A DNA stretch of 64,000 nucleotides from positions 32,001-96,000 of the forward strand of contig JBDRCO010000051.1 of assembly GCA_043821645.1 (NCBI GenBank). The letters run 5' to 3'. Shown piece by piece: positions 54,922 through 63,725 of the stretch. The notes beneath the pieces were generated by a model. That model had not been told where the DNA came from and ran no database searches. It was given only the letters and a program-made list of their open reading frames with translations. Numbering within the stretch: position 1 is the stretch's first letter; the number at the start of each line of letters is the position of its first letter. The position numbers were made by a program, and so were the translations under genes. The DNA comes from Pseudomonadota bacterium (GTDB taxonomy: Bacteria; Myxococcota; JACRCW01; JAFGSX01).

Positions 54922-56499
54922 TCAAGCTGTTGAACCCTTTCGCTCGACCGCCTCGGCCGCCCGGGTGCCCTCGCGCCCGAAGTCGTCGGCCACGCGCACC
55001 ACGTCCCACAAAAAGGGCAATGAGCTCTCGAACAGCAGACTGTCCTCGAGTGCCTGCAGCCGGTGTAATCGCCCGGGTTCGACGTGGATGGCCTGGCCCG
55101 CTTCCATGGTGACCGAGGTCAGGGCCTCGCCCCGGGGCGCGGTCTCGAGGATGACCGTGCCCTGGTGCAGGTAGATCACCTCTTCCTTGACCACGTGGTA
55201 CTGCAGACTGAGGCGCTTGCCCTTCTCGAGAAACAGCGTCTTGCCGGCAAAGTCCTTGGTCCAGCCCCACCACAGCTCCCAGCCCCAGGGCTTCATCACC
55301 TTCTGCGGTGTGACCATGCCGCCCTGGCGCTCGGGCTCCGGCATGCGGGACACCAGGTCCTTCAGGGACTCGACCAGCGAGCGCGGCGCCACCAGGGTGT
55401 CCGTGTGGGTATGGATGATCGCCAGGTCATTGACGCCAAAGAGCGTGACCCGGTGACCGCGCCGGTTGTTGAACACCAGGTTGTCGTGGGCCTTGTAGGT
55501 GAAGACCTCGCCCAGGGCCAGGTCCTCGTCCTTGTCACCCTGGCGCGGCTCTCGTGGTTGCCAGCGATCCTGCCAGGCCTCGTCGTGCCAGTTGTGGGCA
55601 TGTCCGAACACACGGTTGCCACTGTCGTCGGGATCCAGCTTCTCGCCGAAGGCGGTCCAGCCACCCAGGTCACTCCAGTAGAAATCTCCCTCGACCACCC
55701 GTACCCGCCCGAGTTCGCCCTCGGCCTGCATCACACCGTAGTCGATCGAGATCTTGGGCAGCTTGAGAAAGACCTCGCGCAGCCTGTCGTCGAAGCCAGG
55801 CGTGCCTCGGCTGGCAACGACGGGAGGCAAGAGCCCGGCATGCTGTGGCAGGTGCCTGGACACCGCGCTGGCGATGGCGTCGGGGCGCCAGATGAACATG
55901 CCGCCGTTCCAGTAATACTGCCCGCTGTCGACGTATTTTTTGGCCGTGACCGCATCGGGCTTCTCGACGAAGGCGGCGACACCCGAGCGCACGAAGCCGG
56001 GATCCGACTCGAGGATGGAGCCTCGCTGCAGGTAGCCGTACACCGTGGTCGGCCGCGACGGCTTGAGGCCGATGGTGTACAGCATTCCATCCTCGGCGGC
56101 GGCCTCGGCGGCGTAGGCAACGACCTCGCGGAAGCGCCCGTCCGGCGCAATCTCGTGGTCCGCAGGCAACACGATCTGCACGGCACCTGGCCAGCGCTCG
56201 GCGGCCAGACTGGCTCCCAGGGCAATGGCCGCTGCCGTGTCGCGCAGCAGCGGTTCGCCCACCACCGCGTCCGCCGGCAGCTCGGGCAGCTGGGTTCGCA
56301 CGACCGCCATGTACTCGTGGTTGGTCAGCACCATCACACGATCGGCGCCGGTGAGCGCGGAGATGCGGGCAAAGGTCTGCTGCAGCAGGGTCTGCTCGGG
56401 GTGCGCCAGAGGCAGGAACTGCTTGGGCAGCAGCTCGTTGCTCCAGGGCCAGAAGCGGGTGCCGTGGCCGCCCGCCATGATCAATGCACACAGGTTCAT
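54922..56499 (-). CDS. manC: Mannose-1-phosphate guanylyltransferase with a C-terminal cupin (ManC-like)
   Basis: IMAGGHGTRFWP..PKQFL, EPLLRDTA, LPADH, FVEKP, YYWNGG, ISIDYGVM and WSDLGGW. Cupin motifs KPWG, LSLQYH and LHRL. Confidence 0.9.
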   Translation of the reverse strand: MNLCALIMAGGHGTRFWPWSNELLPKQFLPLAHPEQTLLQQTFARISALTGADRVMVLTNHEYMAVVRTQLPELPADAVVGEPLLRDTAAAIALGASLAAERWPGAVQIVLPADHEIAPDGRFREVVAYAAEAAAEDGMLYTIGLKPSRPTTVYGYLQRGSILESDPGFVRSGVAAFVEKPDAVTAKKYVDSGQYYWNGGMFIWRPDAIASAVSRHLPQHAGLLPPVVASRGTPGFDDRLREVFLKLPKISIDYGVMQAEGELGRVRVVEGDFYWSDLGGWTAFGEKLDPDDSGNRVFGHAHNWHDEAWQDRWQPREPRQGDKDEDLALGEVFTYKAHDNLVFNNRRGHRVTLFGVNDLAIIHTHTDTLVAPRSLVESLKDLVSRMPEPERQGGMVTPQKVMKPWGWELWWGWTKDFAGKTLFLEKGKRLSLQYHVVKEEVIYLHQGTVILETAPRGEALTSVTMEAGQAIHVEPGRLHRLQALEDSLLFESSLPFLWDVVRVADDFGREGTRAAEAVERKGSTA

Positions 56500-56636
56500 G
56501 CTTGCTCTCCGTCCCAGCTGCGACCATGCAGGCGCTCCCTGCCACCGGCGCCGGCCCGGTCGCGCAGAGGGCGGTTAGCCTAGCAGGGCGATTTCATGAG
56601 GATCGACCAAAATTCCTGGCCCGGAAGGCAGCGAGC

Positions 56637-58904
56637 CTAGGTCGCGACTTCCAGCTCGCAGAAGGGGGGGGCTGGACGCGCGAACAGGTAGCCCTGGATC
56701 AGGTCGCAGCCGAGCGCCAGAACCACGTCCCGCTCGTGGACGGTCTCGATCCCCTCGGCGACGACGCGCATGCCCTCGCCGCGGGCGTAGTCGATGATGT
56801 GCTTGATCAGTCGAGCCGAGCGGCTGTTGCTGTCGATGTCGCGCACCAGCCTCATGTCGATCTTGACGAAGTCGGGCTCGAGCAGAGCCAGGGAGTTGAG
56901 CCCCGAGTAGCCCGCGCCCAGGTCGTCGAGGGCAATGTAGAAGCCGAGGTGGCGCAAGCGCTGGATCAGATCCCGCACGCGGTCGTACTCCTTGATCTCC
57001 GCGCTCTCGGTAATCTCCAGGACGATGCGCTCGCGCTGCGGACAGGTGTGAGCCCAGGTCACCAGCTCGTCCGACAGTTCGAGCGGGTGCAGGTTGACGA
57101 ACAACAGGCGCGGCGCTGGCAGACGGTCCAGGGGGACCATGGCGAGCGCACGCATCACCGGGCCCAGGTCACCGATGCGGCCGCGACGCTCGGCCACCTC
57201 GAGCAGTTCCAGGGGATTGCCGAATACGCCGTCATCCGGGCGACACAGGGCCTCGTAGCCCAGGATCCGCATGGCCCGCGCGTCGACGATGGGCTGGTAC
57301 ACGTAGCGCATCAGGCGCTCCCGGATCAGCCGGTCGAGGGCCACGATGCGTCCCAGTTCACTGGAACTCCGGGGCTCGGCCATGGCCTGCAGCGACGGCG
57401 AGTAGGCGATGGTCTGGTCGCCACCGAGGTGCTTGGCCGTGAACAGCGCGGTCTCGGCGGCGTGGATCAGCCCGGCACGCGCCGTCCCGTCCTCGGGGAA
57501 GCCCGCCACGCCGATGGACACGCTCACCCGCGGCAAGCCAGCGGCCGCAAAATCGTGTGCGTTGACAGCCGTGCGCACGCGCTCGGCCGCCACCGAGGCA
57601 CCACGCTTGTGGGTCTCGGGCAGCAGCACCGCGAAGGTGTCGCCGTCGTAGCGCGTGACCGTGCCGCGCTCGGAGATGCGCGCCCCCATGTCGGTGCCCC
57701 GGCCCGCGCCGCGGAGCAGGTCGGCGAGCAGGCACAGCACGCTGTTCCCCGCCGTGTGGCCATGCGCGTCGTTGATGGCGCGGAAGCCGTCGATGTTGAG
57801 CAGGAGCAGTCCGAAGCTCAAGTTGTGACGGCGCGAGCGCCGGATCTCCAGCTCTGCCTGCTCCTGCAGGTAGGCGTGGTTGTAGAGACTGGTCAGGGGG
57901 TCCCGCACGACGAGCTTCTCGAGTTCATCGTTCTTGTGGCGCAGGGCGTCGTTGGCACTCTCGGCCGCGTCCTTGGCGCCACGCAGATCACGGTTGGCCT
58001 TCTTGAGCTCGCTCAGCAGGTGGGCGTTCTTGACCGCCATGGCGGCCTGCTGTGCAAAGGTGGTGAGCACGTCGAGGTCGCGCTCGCTGAACAGCCCGCT
58101 GCTCATCATCGAGTCGAGGTAGATGAGCCCGACGATCTCGTCCTGAAAGATCATCGGCGCGCACATGATCGAACGCACCTCCGACAGGCGAACACTGTGC
58201 GAGGTGCTGAAGCGCGCGTCACTGGCCGCATCGAGCGACAGGATGGCCTCGCGGCTGTCGAGAGCCTTGCGCAGCACACTGCGCGAGACCTTGACCCGCT
58301 CGCCCTCGACCATGCGGGTGCGGGCGCGCTGCTCGGCGATCTTCTCGCTGCCTGGCTCGAGCAAGAAGATGGCCCCGCGGTCGGCGTGAAACACCTCGAA
58401 CACCGTATCCAGCACGCGCTGCAGGGTGCCGTCGAGGCTGGGGTGCAAGCCCATGGTCCGCGCCAGCCCATAGGCCGCCTTGAGCTTGGCGAGATCGCCC
58501 TCGGTGCCATCCCCGGCGCCGTGCGCGCTGTCGAAGGCAGGACGTGCCGCATCCTGACGGACGCTGATGCGGGCGCTCACGTCGTCAAAATCGATGTCGC
58601 GATCGCTCAGCACCTCGCCCTGCGCTTGCGCAAACAGCAGCTCGGTGCGCCCCACGGTCAGCACGTCACCGTCCTTGAGCGGTGCGCATTCGGCAGGTGC
58701 GCCGTTCAGCAAGGTGACCGCGCCGGTCGCCAGGTGGGTCAACTGGTACTGGCCATCGCGCTGCCGCAGCAACTCGCAGTGAACGCTGGAGGCACTCGCA
58801 TCCGCCACGATCAGGTGGCAACCCGGGTCAGATCCCACGAGCACGCGCTCGCCGAGCTGCGCGCCGGTGTCCTGCAACGCCCCCCGGAGGTGCAGAGTTG
58901 CCAT
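56637..58904 (-). CDS. FHA-GAF-GGDEF(degenerate)-EAL signalling protein (probable c-di-GMP phosphodiesterase)
   Basis: FHA-like N-terminus and GAF (RSIMCAPM..VGLIYLDS). GGDEF domain DPLTSLYN..RYDGDTF. EAL domain YQPIV..YEALCR, LEITE, DDLGAGYS, KID, VAEGIET and QGY. Confidence 0.9.
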   Translation of the reverse strand: MATLHLRGALQDTGAQLGERVLVGSDPGCHLIVADASASSVHCELLRQRDGQYQLTHLATGAVTLLNGAPAECAPLKDGDVLTVGRTELLFAQAQGEVLSDRDIDFDDVSARISVRQDAARPAFDSAHGAGDGTEGDLAKLKAAYGLARTMGLHPSLDGTLQRVLDTVFEVFHADRGAIFLLEPGSEKIAEQRARTRMVEGERVKVSRSVLRKALDSREAILSLDAASDARFSTSHSVRLSEVRSIMCAPMIFQDEIVGLIYLDSMMSSGLFSERDLDVLTTFAQQAAMAVKNAHLLSELKKANRDLRGAKDAAESANDALRHKNDELEKLVVRDPLTSLYNHAYLQEQAELEIRRSRRHNLSFGLLLLNIDGFRAINDAHGHTAGNSVLCLLADLLRGAGRGTDMGARISERGTVTRYDGDTFAVLLPETHKRGASVAAERVRTAVNAHDFAAAGLPRVSVSIGVAGFPEDGTARAGLIHAAETALFTAKHLGGDQTIAYSPSLQAMAEPRSSSELGRIVALDRLIRERLMRYVYQPIVDARAMRILGYEALCRPDDGVFGNPLELLEVAERRGRIGDLGPVMRALAMVPLDRLPAPRLLFVNLHPLELSDELVTWAHTCPQRERIVLEITESAEIKEYDRVRDLIQRLRHLGFYIALDDLGAGYSGLNSLALLEPDFVKIDMRLVRDIDSNSRSARLIKHIIDYARGEGMRVVAEGIETVHERDVVLALGCDLIQGYLFARPAPPFCELEVAT

Positions 58905-59014
58905 GGTTCAGACTCTATTCTACCACGGCGCTGGTTCAAAAAAACGGCGCTTCGCGAACTCACCGCCCGGGAACACGAAGCACTCTGGCGCGGCGCACAG
59001 CGTGCAGCTGGAGT

Positions 59015-59491
59015 TCAGAAGGGAAGCACGGGTGAGGGCGCGGAGGTCGGGCCGGGGCCGGGAGGGGCCTCGCCAGGTGGCGGCGAATCCACCATCCCGG
59101 AAGGAGCCGAATCCGGAGCCTTGGTGGCCGTCTCGAGCACGTAGCTGTAGTGGTCCTCAAGCTGCCAGGACCACAGCAGTCCCAGGCAACCGAGCCCCAG
59201 GGTGCAGGTGCCACAGGCCATGGACGCAAGACCGCGCGGCCAGGAGAACTGATCCTGCTGCAGGGTGGCCTGGACGATCTGGTAACCAGGCTTCTGCAGC
59301 ACGATTTCGTATCGATCTCCGCCGCCTGGTGTGTCTTGTAAGGTGAATGGAGTGACACCGACCTGCGTCCCGTTGACGTAGAGCTCGGCACCTGGAGGGT
59401 CGGACTCGATGAGGGCCGTATGAGCACAGCTGCTCGTCCACAGGACCAGCAGGGGCATGGCGAGAGCCTGAGGCGTGGGTTTGCGACGCAT
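59015..59491 (-). CDS. PEGA-domain lipoprotein or membrane protein
   Basis: IESDPPGAELYVNGTQVGVTP..LQKPGY, a WTSSC lipobox-like motif, and a hydrophobic Cys-rich segment. Confidence 0.8.
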   Translation of the reverse strand: MRRKPTPQALAMPLLVLWTSSCAHTALIESDPPGAELYVNGTQVGVTPFTLQDTPGGGDRYEIVLQKPGYQIVQATLQQDQFSWPRGLASMACGTCTLGLGCLGLLWSWQLEDHYSYVLETATKAPDSAPSGMVDSPPPGEAPPGPGPTSAPSPVLPF

Positions 59492-59541
59492 GATGGCGGA
59501 TGATACGCTGTCGCGGTGACCGGCGAAAGTCGGAGGATGGC

Positions 59542-60576
59542 ATGAAGACACAAGGGTTTCTGGGGCTGGGCTTGATTCTCGGGCTGGCCTGGAGTTCAGA
59601 CGCGTCCGCGGCAGCGAGCCAGCGGCAACCCGTGGCGGTTTTTCCGTTCAAGGTCCTGAACAAGGATCCTCGCGCTGCCCACCTCGGGGAGGGTGCCTCG
59701 GAGCACATCATCACCCACCTGGTGCAGAGCGGCGCCGTCGAGATCGTCGAAGAAGCGCAGCTGGACAAAGCAATCAAGCGCTTGGCCAAGGGACAGACCG
59801 GCTTCTTCGAGGAGAAAAATGCCCTGGAGCTGGGGCGCATGGTCAACGCGCGCTACGTCATTGTCGGTACCGTGCAACTTTTTGGCTACCAGGTGGCCAT
59901 CAACTCGCGCCTGCTCGAGGTGGAGACCAGCAAGCTGGTCATCGCCGAGTCCATTCACGGCAAGTACACGGACATCTTCACGCTGTACGAGAAGCTCGCC
60001 ACCCGCTTGAAGGACTCGCTCATCAACCACCTCTCGATGCTGGTCACCTCGAGCGCGGTGGCCGCGCGCGGCGGCGACACCAACGCGGTCAACATCGTCG
60101 AACTCCTGGCCAAGGGCGAGAAGCTGGATCCGGCGTACGGAGGCAAGGACCTCAAGGGCGCCAACATGATCTACAGGCAGGCCGTGCTGCGCGACCCGGA
60201 CAGTGCCGCCGCGCGACGCCGACTGGCCGGGACCTTCCTGTCCATGGAGCGCTACGATGAGGCCAAGTTCAACCTCGAGAAGGCGGTCGAGGTGGAGCCC
60301 AAACACGCCTGGGCGCAGGCCTATCTCGGCTACTGTCTGCACAAGCAGGACGACGAGGCTGGAGCGCTGGTGCACTACAGCAAGGCCCTCGAGACCAACC
60401 CCAACGACATGCAGACCCGAGCCTGGATGGCGGGCTCCTTGCTCAAGCTGGGGAGGGCGGAGGAAGCCCGCGAAGAATTCAAGCTGGTACTGGCGCGCGA
60501 TCCCTCCAACGACGTGGCGCGCCGTGGTCTGCGCATCGCCGAGCAGTCGATGAGCCAGGCTCGCAAGACGCCCTGA
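59542..60576 (+). CDS. CsgG/FlgO-like domain plus TPR repeat exported protein
   Basis: Signal peptide, VAVFPF..ELGRMVNARYVIVGTVQ..INSRLLEVET, and four TPR-like repeats. Confidence 0.8.
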   Translation: MKTQGFLGLGLILGLAWSSDASAAASQRQPVAVFPFKVLNKDPRAAHLGEGASEHIITHLVQSGAVEIVEEAQLDKAIKRLAKGQTGFFEEKNALELGRMVNARYVIVGTVQLFGYQVAINSRLLEVETSKLVIAESIHGKYTDIFTLYEKLATRLKDSLINHLSMLVTSSAVAARGGDTNAVNIVELLAKGEKLDPAYGGKDLKGANMIYRQAVLRDPDSAAARRRLAGTFLSMERYDEAKFNLEKAVEVEPKHAWAQAYLGYCLHKQDDEAGALVHYSKALETNPNDMQTRAWMAGSLLKLGRAEEAREEFKLVLARDPSNDVARRGLRIAEQSMSQARKTP

Positions 60577-61947
60577 TCAGGCCCCGTCCCGCCCTGCTAG
60601 CACGATGCCGTAGCGCTGCGCTTCGTCCGGTGTGTCGAGGTCGCACAGCACCCGGGGGTCCGCGACGGCCACACGCTGGACGCGGGCACCCTCGTGCTCG
60701 ACAACCGCGGCCGCGCCAGCGTCCGCCGTGGCATCGCGAAGCGAGGCAAAGAGCCCGCGGCCAAAGACCGCCGGATGCCCTGTCCTGCCGTCGTGCTCGG
60801 GAACGGCCACGTGGCTGGTCGAGGCTTCCTGGATCAAGGTCCTGAGCAGCTCGGCGTCGAAAAACGGGCAGTCCACCGGCGCCACCGCCAGGGCACCGGC
60901 GGCGTCCCCCACCAGGTCGAGCGCAGTCCGGATCGAGCCGATCAGACCCTGCTGCGGCCGCCGGTTCTCGACCGGAACCACGTCGAGATCCGCAACCGCC
61001 GCACGAATGGCTGCGCCGGTGGCGTCGGAAGGGACGGTCACCAGGCAAGGACGTGCGCCAGCCTCGAGAGAGATCCGCGCCAGCCTGTGCACCAGGGTCT
61101 CGCCATCGAGCATCAGCAAGGCCTTGGGTTGCCCCATGCGCCGCGAGTCACCTGCCGCAGCCACCAGCGCAGCGGCAATCCTGTGCTCCGCGGCCTCATG
61201 ACGGACCCGGACCAGCTCCCCGACAATGCTGAGGGCGATCTCCTGCGGGGTCTCGGCGCCGATGGCCAGGCCCACGGGAACCTGCAGGCGTGCCACCTCG
61301 GCCTCCGAGAAGCCAGACTCGAGCAGGTTGCGACGAAGTGTCGCGCCCTTGCGCCGACTCCCCATCACCCCGAGGAAGCGCGCAGAGCGCCGCAGAACCT
61401 GGCGCACGCAGTGCTCATCCTGGGCGTGGCGATAGGTTGTGATCACCACGTAGCTGTGCGGGCCGAAGGGCAAGCTGGCAATGGCGTCGGGCGAGAAACT
61501 GGAGACGAGCTGGCGCGCCATCGGAAAGCGTGCGGCGGTGACGAAATCAGGCCTGTCGTCGATGACGATCACGGCGAAGCCCATGTCGTGCGCGATTCGG
61601 GCCGTGACCTCACCGATGTGACCGGCGCCGAACAGGAGCACAAGCGGTGCTCTCGCCAGTGGCTCCACAAACAGGGCCACGCGGCCGCCACAGCTCATGC
61701 CCAGGTCGGCGCCGAGATCGAGTTCGATCAAGGTGGGCTCGGCCTCGTCCATGCGCGCACGCGCGAGCTCCGTGGCACGCAGTTCCAGCGTCCCACCGCC
61801 CACGGTCCCCTCGCTGCGGCCATCGAGGTGAACCAGCATGCGCGTACCGCACTTGCCCGGGGTCGAACCCTGGCTGTGGACGACGGTCACCAGGACCGCG
61901 GGCTTCCCCTGGCCGGCGACCTCGGCGATGCGTTCCCAGCTCAGCAC
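60577..61947 (-). CDS. xdhC: XdhC/CoxI molybdenum-cofactor chaperone fused to a MocA-like nucleotidyltransferase
   Basis: GSTPG, GTVGGG, GMSCGG, FGAGH, GVMGSRRK and PVGLAIGAETPQEIA, then AAAGDSRRMGQPKALL, PVDCP, GHPAVF and DLDTP. Confidence 0.9.
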   Translation of the reverse strand: MLSWERIAEVAGQGKPAVLVTVVHSQGSTPGKCGTRMLVHLDGRSEGTVGGGTLELRATELARARMDEAEPTLIELDLGADLGMSCGGRVALFVEPLARAPLVLLFGAGHIGEVTARIAHDMGFAVIVIDDRPDFVTAARFPMARQLVSSFSPDAIASLPFGPHSYVVITTYRHAQDEHCVRQVLRRSARFLGVMGSRRKGATLRRNLLESGFSEAEVARLQVPVGLAIGAETPQEIALSIVGELVRVRHEAAEHRIAAALVAAAGDSRRMGQPKALLMLDGETLVHRLARISLEAGARPCLVTVPSDATGAAIRAAVADLDVVPVENRRPQQGLIGSIRTALDLVGDAAGALAVAPVDCPFFDAELLRTLIQEASTSHVAVPEHDGRTGHPAVFGRGLFASLRDATADAGAAAVVEHEGARVQRVAVADPRVLCDLDTPDEAQRYGIVLAGRDGA

Positions 61948-61952
61948 GACAG

Positions 61953-62930
61953 CTAGCGCTTCTTGGCAGGCTTCTTGGCGGGTGCAGGCTTCTTGGCAGG
62001 TGCAGGCTTCTTGGCAGGTGCAGGCTTCTTGGCAGGTGCAGGCTTCTTGGCAGGTGCAGCCTTCTTGGCAGGCGCAGCCTTCTTGGCAGGCGCAGCCTTC
62101 TTGGCAGGTGCAGCCTTCTTGGCAGGTGCAGCCTTCTTGGCAGGTGCAGCCTTCTTGGCAGGCGCAGCCTTCTTGGCAGGCGCAGCCTTCTTGGCTGGTG
62201 CAGCCTTCTTGGCAGGCGCAGCCGCCTTGGCAGGTGCAGCCTTCTTGGCAGGTGCTGCAACCTTGACGGGCATCGCTTTCTTGGCGGGCAAAGCCCCCTT
62301 GGCGACGGCCTGCGAGGGAGCCCCGGCCGCCATCGGTCGCATGGACGACGGGGTCGCCCCTGCCGGGATGGGTCGGCGAGCACGCGCCTCGCTGGCTGCA
62401 TGGGCCGCGCGCATCGCCTCAGTGGCGATCTGCACAGGTTTGGGCACTGGCCCCAGGTTCACGGCAGACTCGTCGTGGCGACCCTTGTTCTTGCGCTCCT
62501 CGGCGGGATCCAGGAACAGGCTGCACACTGCAGTGCCCTTGACCACGATGTCGTTGGCCTGGTTCTGCACCCAGACGTCGCAATCCATCCTGTGCTGCTT
62601 GTCCTGCTCGTACTTGCGCACCACCACGCCCTTGGCCGTGAGGGTATCGCCTGGCCACAGCAACTTCTGAAAGCGCGTGGCCACCGACAGAATCTGGCCA
62701 TTGTCGAGCCAGTTTTCGAGCATCTCGGTGGCCGCGGCCATGCCGAGCAAGCCCGGGGCCGAGATGCTTCCGAAACCGGCCTGCCGCGCGAAATCCTCGT
62801 CGATGTGCAGCGGCCCTGTCTCGTTGGCGCGGACCGAGAACACCACGATGGACGCTCGGGTGAGCGCGGCCTTGGACTGGGGTGGGATGGGATCCCCGAT
62901 CTCGACGTCGTTCCAGTACAGCTTTGCCAT
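61953..62930 (-). CDS. MaoC/HadB-like hotdog dehydratase with a histone-H1-like PAKKA tail
   Basis: YWNDVEIGD, GPLHIDEDFARQAGF..APGLL, RFQKLLWPGDTL, and a C-terminal (AP/AA)AKK hexapeptide array. Confidence 0.85.
   Translation of the reverse strand: MAKLYWNDVEIGDPIPPQSKAALTRASIVVFSVRANETGPLHIDEDFARQAGFGSISAPGLLGMAAATEMLENWLDNGQILSVATRFQKLLWPGDTLTAKGVVVRKYEQDKQHRMDCDVWVQNQANDIVVKGTAVCSLFLDPAEERKNKGRHDESAVNLGPVPKPVQIATEAMRAAHAASEARARRPIPAGATPSSMRPMAAGAPSQAVAKGALPAKKAMPVKVAAPAKKAAPAKAAAPAKKAAPAKKAAPAKKAAPAKKAAPAKKAAPAKKAAPAKKAAPAKKAAPAKKAAPAKKPAPAKKPAPAKKPAPAKKPAPAKKPAKKR
61960..62259 (-). repeat. 18-bp coding tandem repeat (about 16 units) encoding PAKKAA/PAKKPA
   Basis: Plus-strand unit TTCTTGGCAGG(T/C)GCAG(C/G)C repeated in tandem without spacers. 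Confidence 0.95.
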
Positions 62931-62960
62931 GTCCTGTGGGCCCCGTGCAAAAAGGTGAGA

Positions 62961-63410
62961 TCAGCGCCTCGGAAAACCACCGCGGATCGCGAGCACACGC
63001 CGCGCCGTGAACAGGGGCTTGCCCTTGGTGTCAACGCCACGGTCCTCGATGGTGACGAAGCCCGTGGTGGCACTCCCGATGGGGCGTTCCTGCACGTCGG
63101 TGATGATGGAGAACACCTTGATGGCATCCCCCGCCAGCAGGGGGCGCCGCTGCTCGATGGTTTGCTCGCTGTGCAGCACGTTCTTGGCGTGCACCTCCAG
63201 CAAGCTGATCAGAACGTCGTGCTGGCCCAGGCTTGCCGCCATGCTGGAGGGCGCCACCAGCCCGGGATAGCCCGCCTTGCTGGCCGCCGCCTCGTCATGA
63301 TGCACGGGGTTTTTAGCACCGATCGCAAGCGCGAAGTTCCTGATATCACTGCGATCAATCTCGATCGTCCGCGTTTCAGTGGCGGTGCCAATCAATTTTC
63401 TCTGCCTCAT
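62961..63410 (-). CDS. MaoC N-terminal / HadA-like (FAS1 dehydratase) hotdog protein
   Basis: IRNFALAIGAKNPVHHDE..GYPGLVAP, VLHSEQ..RPLLAGD. It forms a typical HadA/HadB-type pair with the downstream gene. Confidence 0.85.
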   Translation of the reverse strand: MRQRKLIGTATETRTIEIDRSDIRNFALAIGAKNPVHHDEAAASKAGYPGLVAPSSMAASLGQHDVLISLLEVHAKNVLHSEQTIEQRRPLLAGDAIKVFSIITDVQERPIGSATTGFVTIEDRGVDTKGKPLFTARRVLAIRGGFPRR

Positions 63411-63576
63411 GGTTCTCCCCGACTCACCGCAATATCAATTCTGGTCACCGCGCCCACACCGCGCAAAAGGTAAATAATGTTGCCTGGTTGTGACCATTTC
63501 CCGAGGGGGCCTGGCAGCCGCTTTCTCACCCTTGTCCAGTGCGGCGTCCGTGGTAAAAAACCCCAGAGGTGGCGGC

Positions 63577-63613
63577 AGCATACCACAGCGCCCCGATATG
63601 TCTAGACATTATC
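63577..63613 (-). promoter_or_regulatory. Promoter of the maoC-xdhC operon overlapped by a GntR/HutC-type palindrome
   Basis: Minus strand TAGACA-N16-(TG)TATGCT. Perfect 12-bp palindrome ATGTCTAGACAT (63598-63609) within GATATGTCTAGACATTATC. Confidence 0.5.
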
Positions 63614-63725
63614 CATGCCTTGCAGCCGCCCAGGAACCGGCTCGCGCGAACCCGGCTTTTGTCTGCACCAAGCACGGGCCCCGAGTATGATGTGCCCCCA
63701 CGTGGTCTGCACCCAGGGAGTCTGC

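Noticed and set aside
61960-62259. Tandem repeat as a possible CRISPR array
   Set aside because: The 18-bp units are contiguous with no unique spacers, are in frame within a CDS, and have no cas genes nearby.
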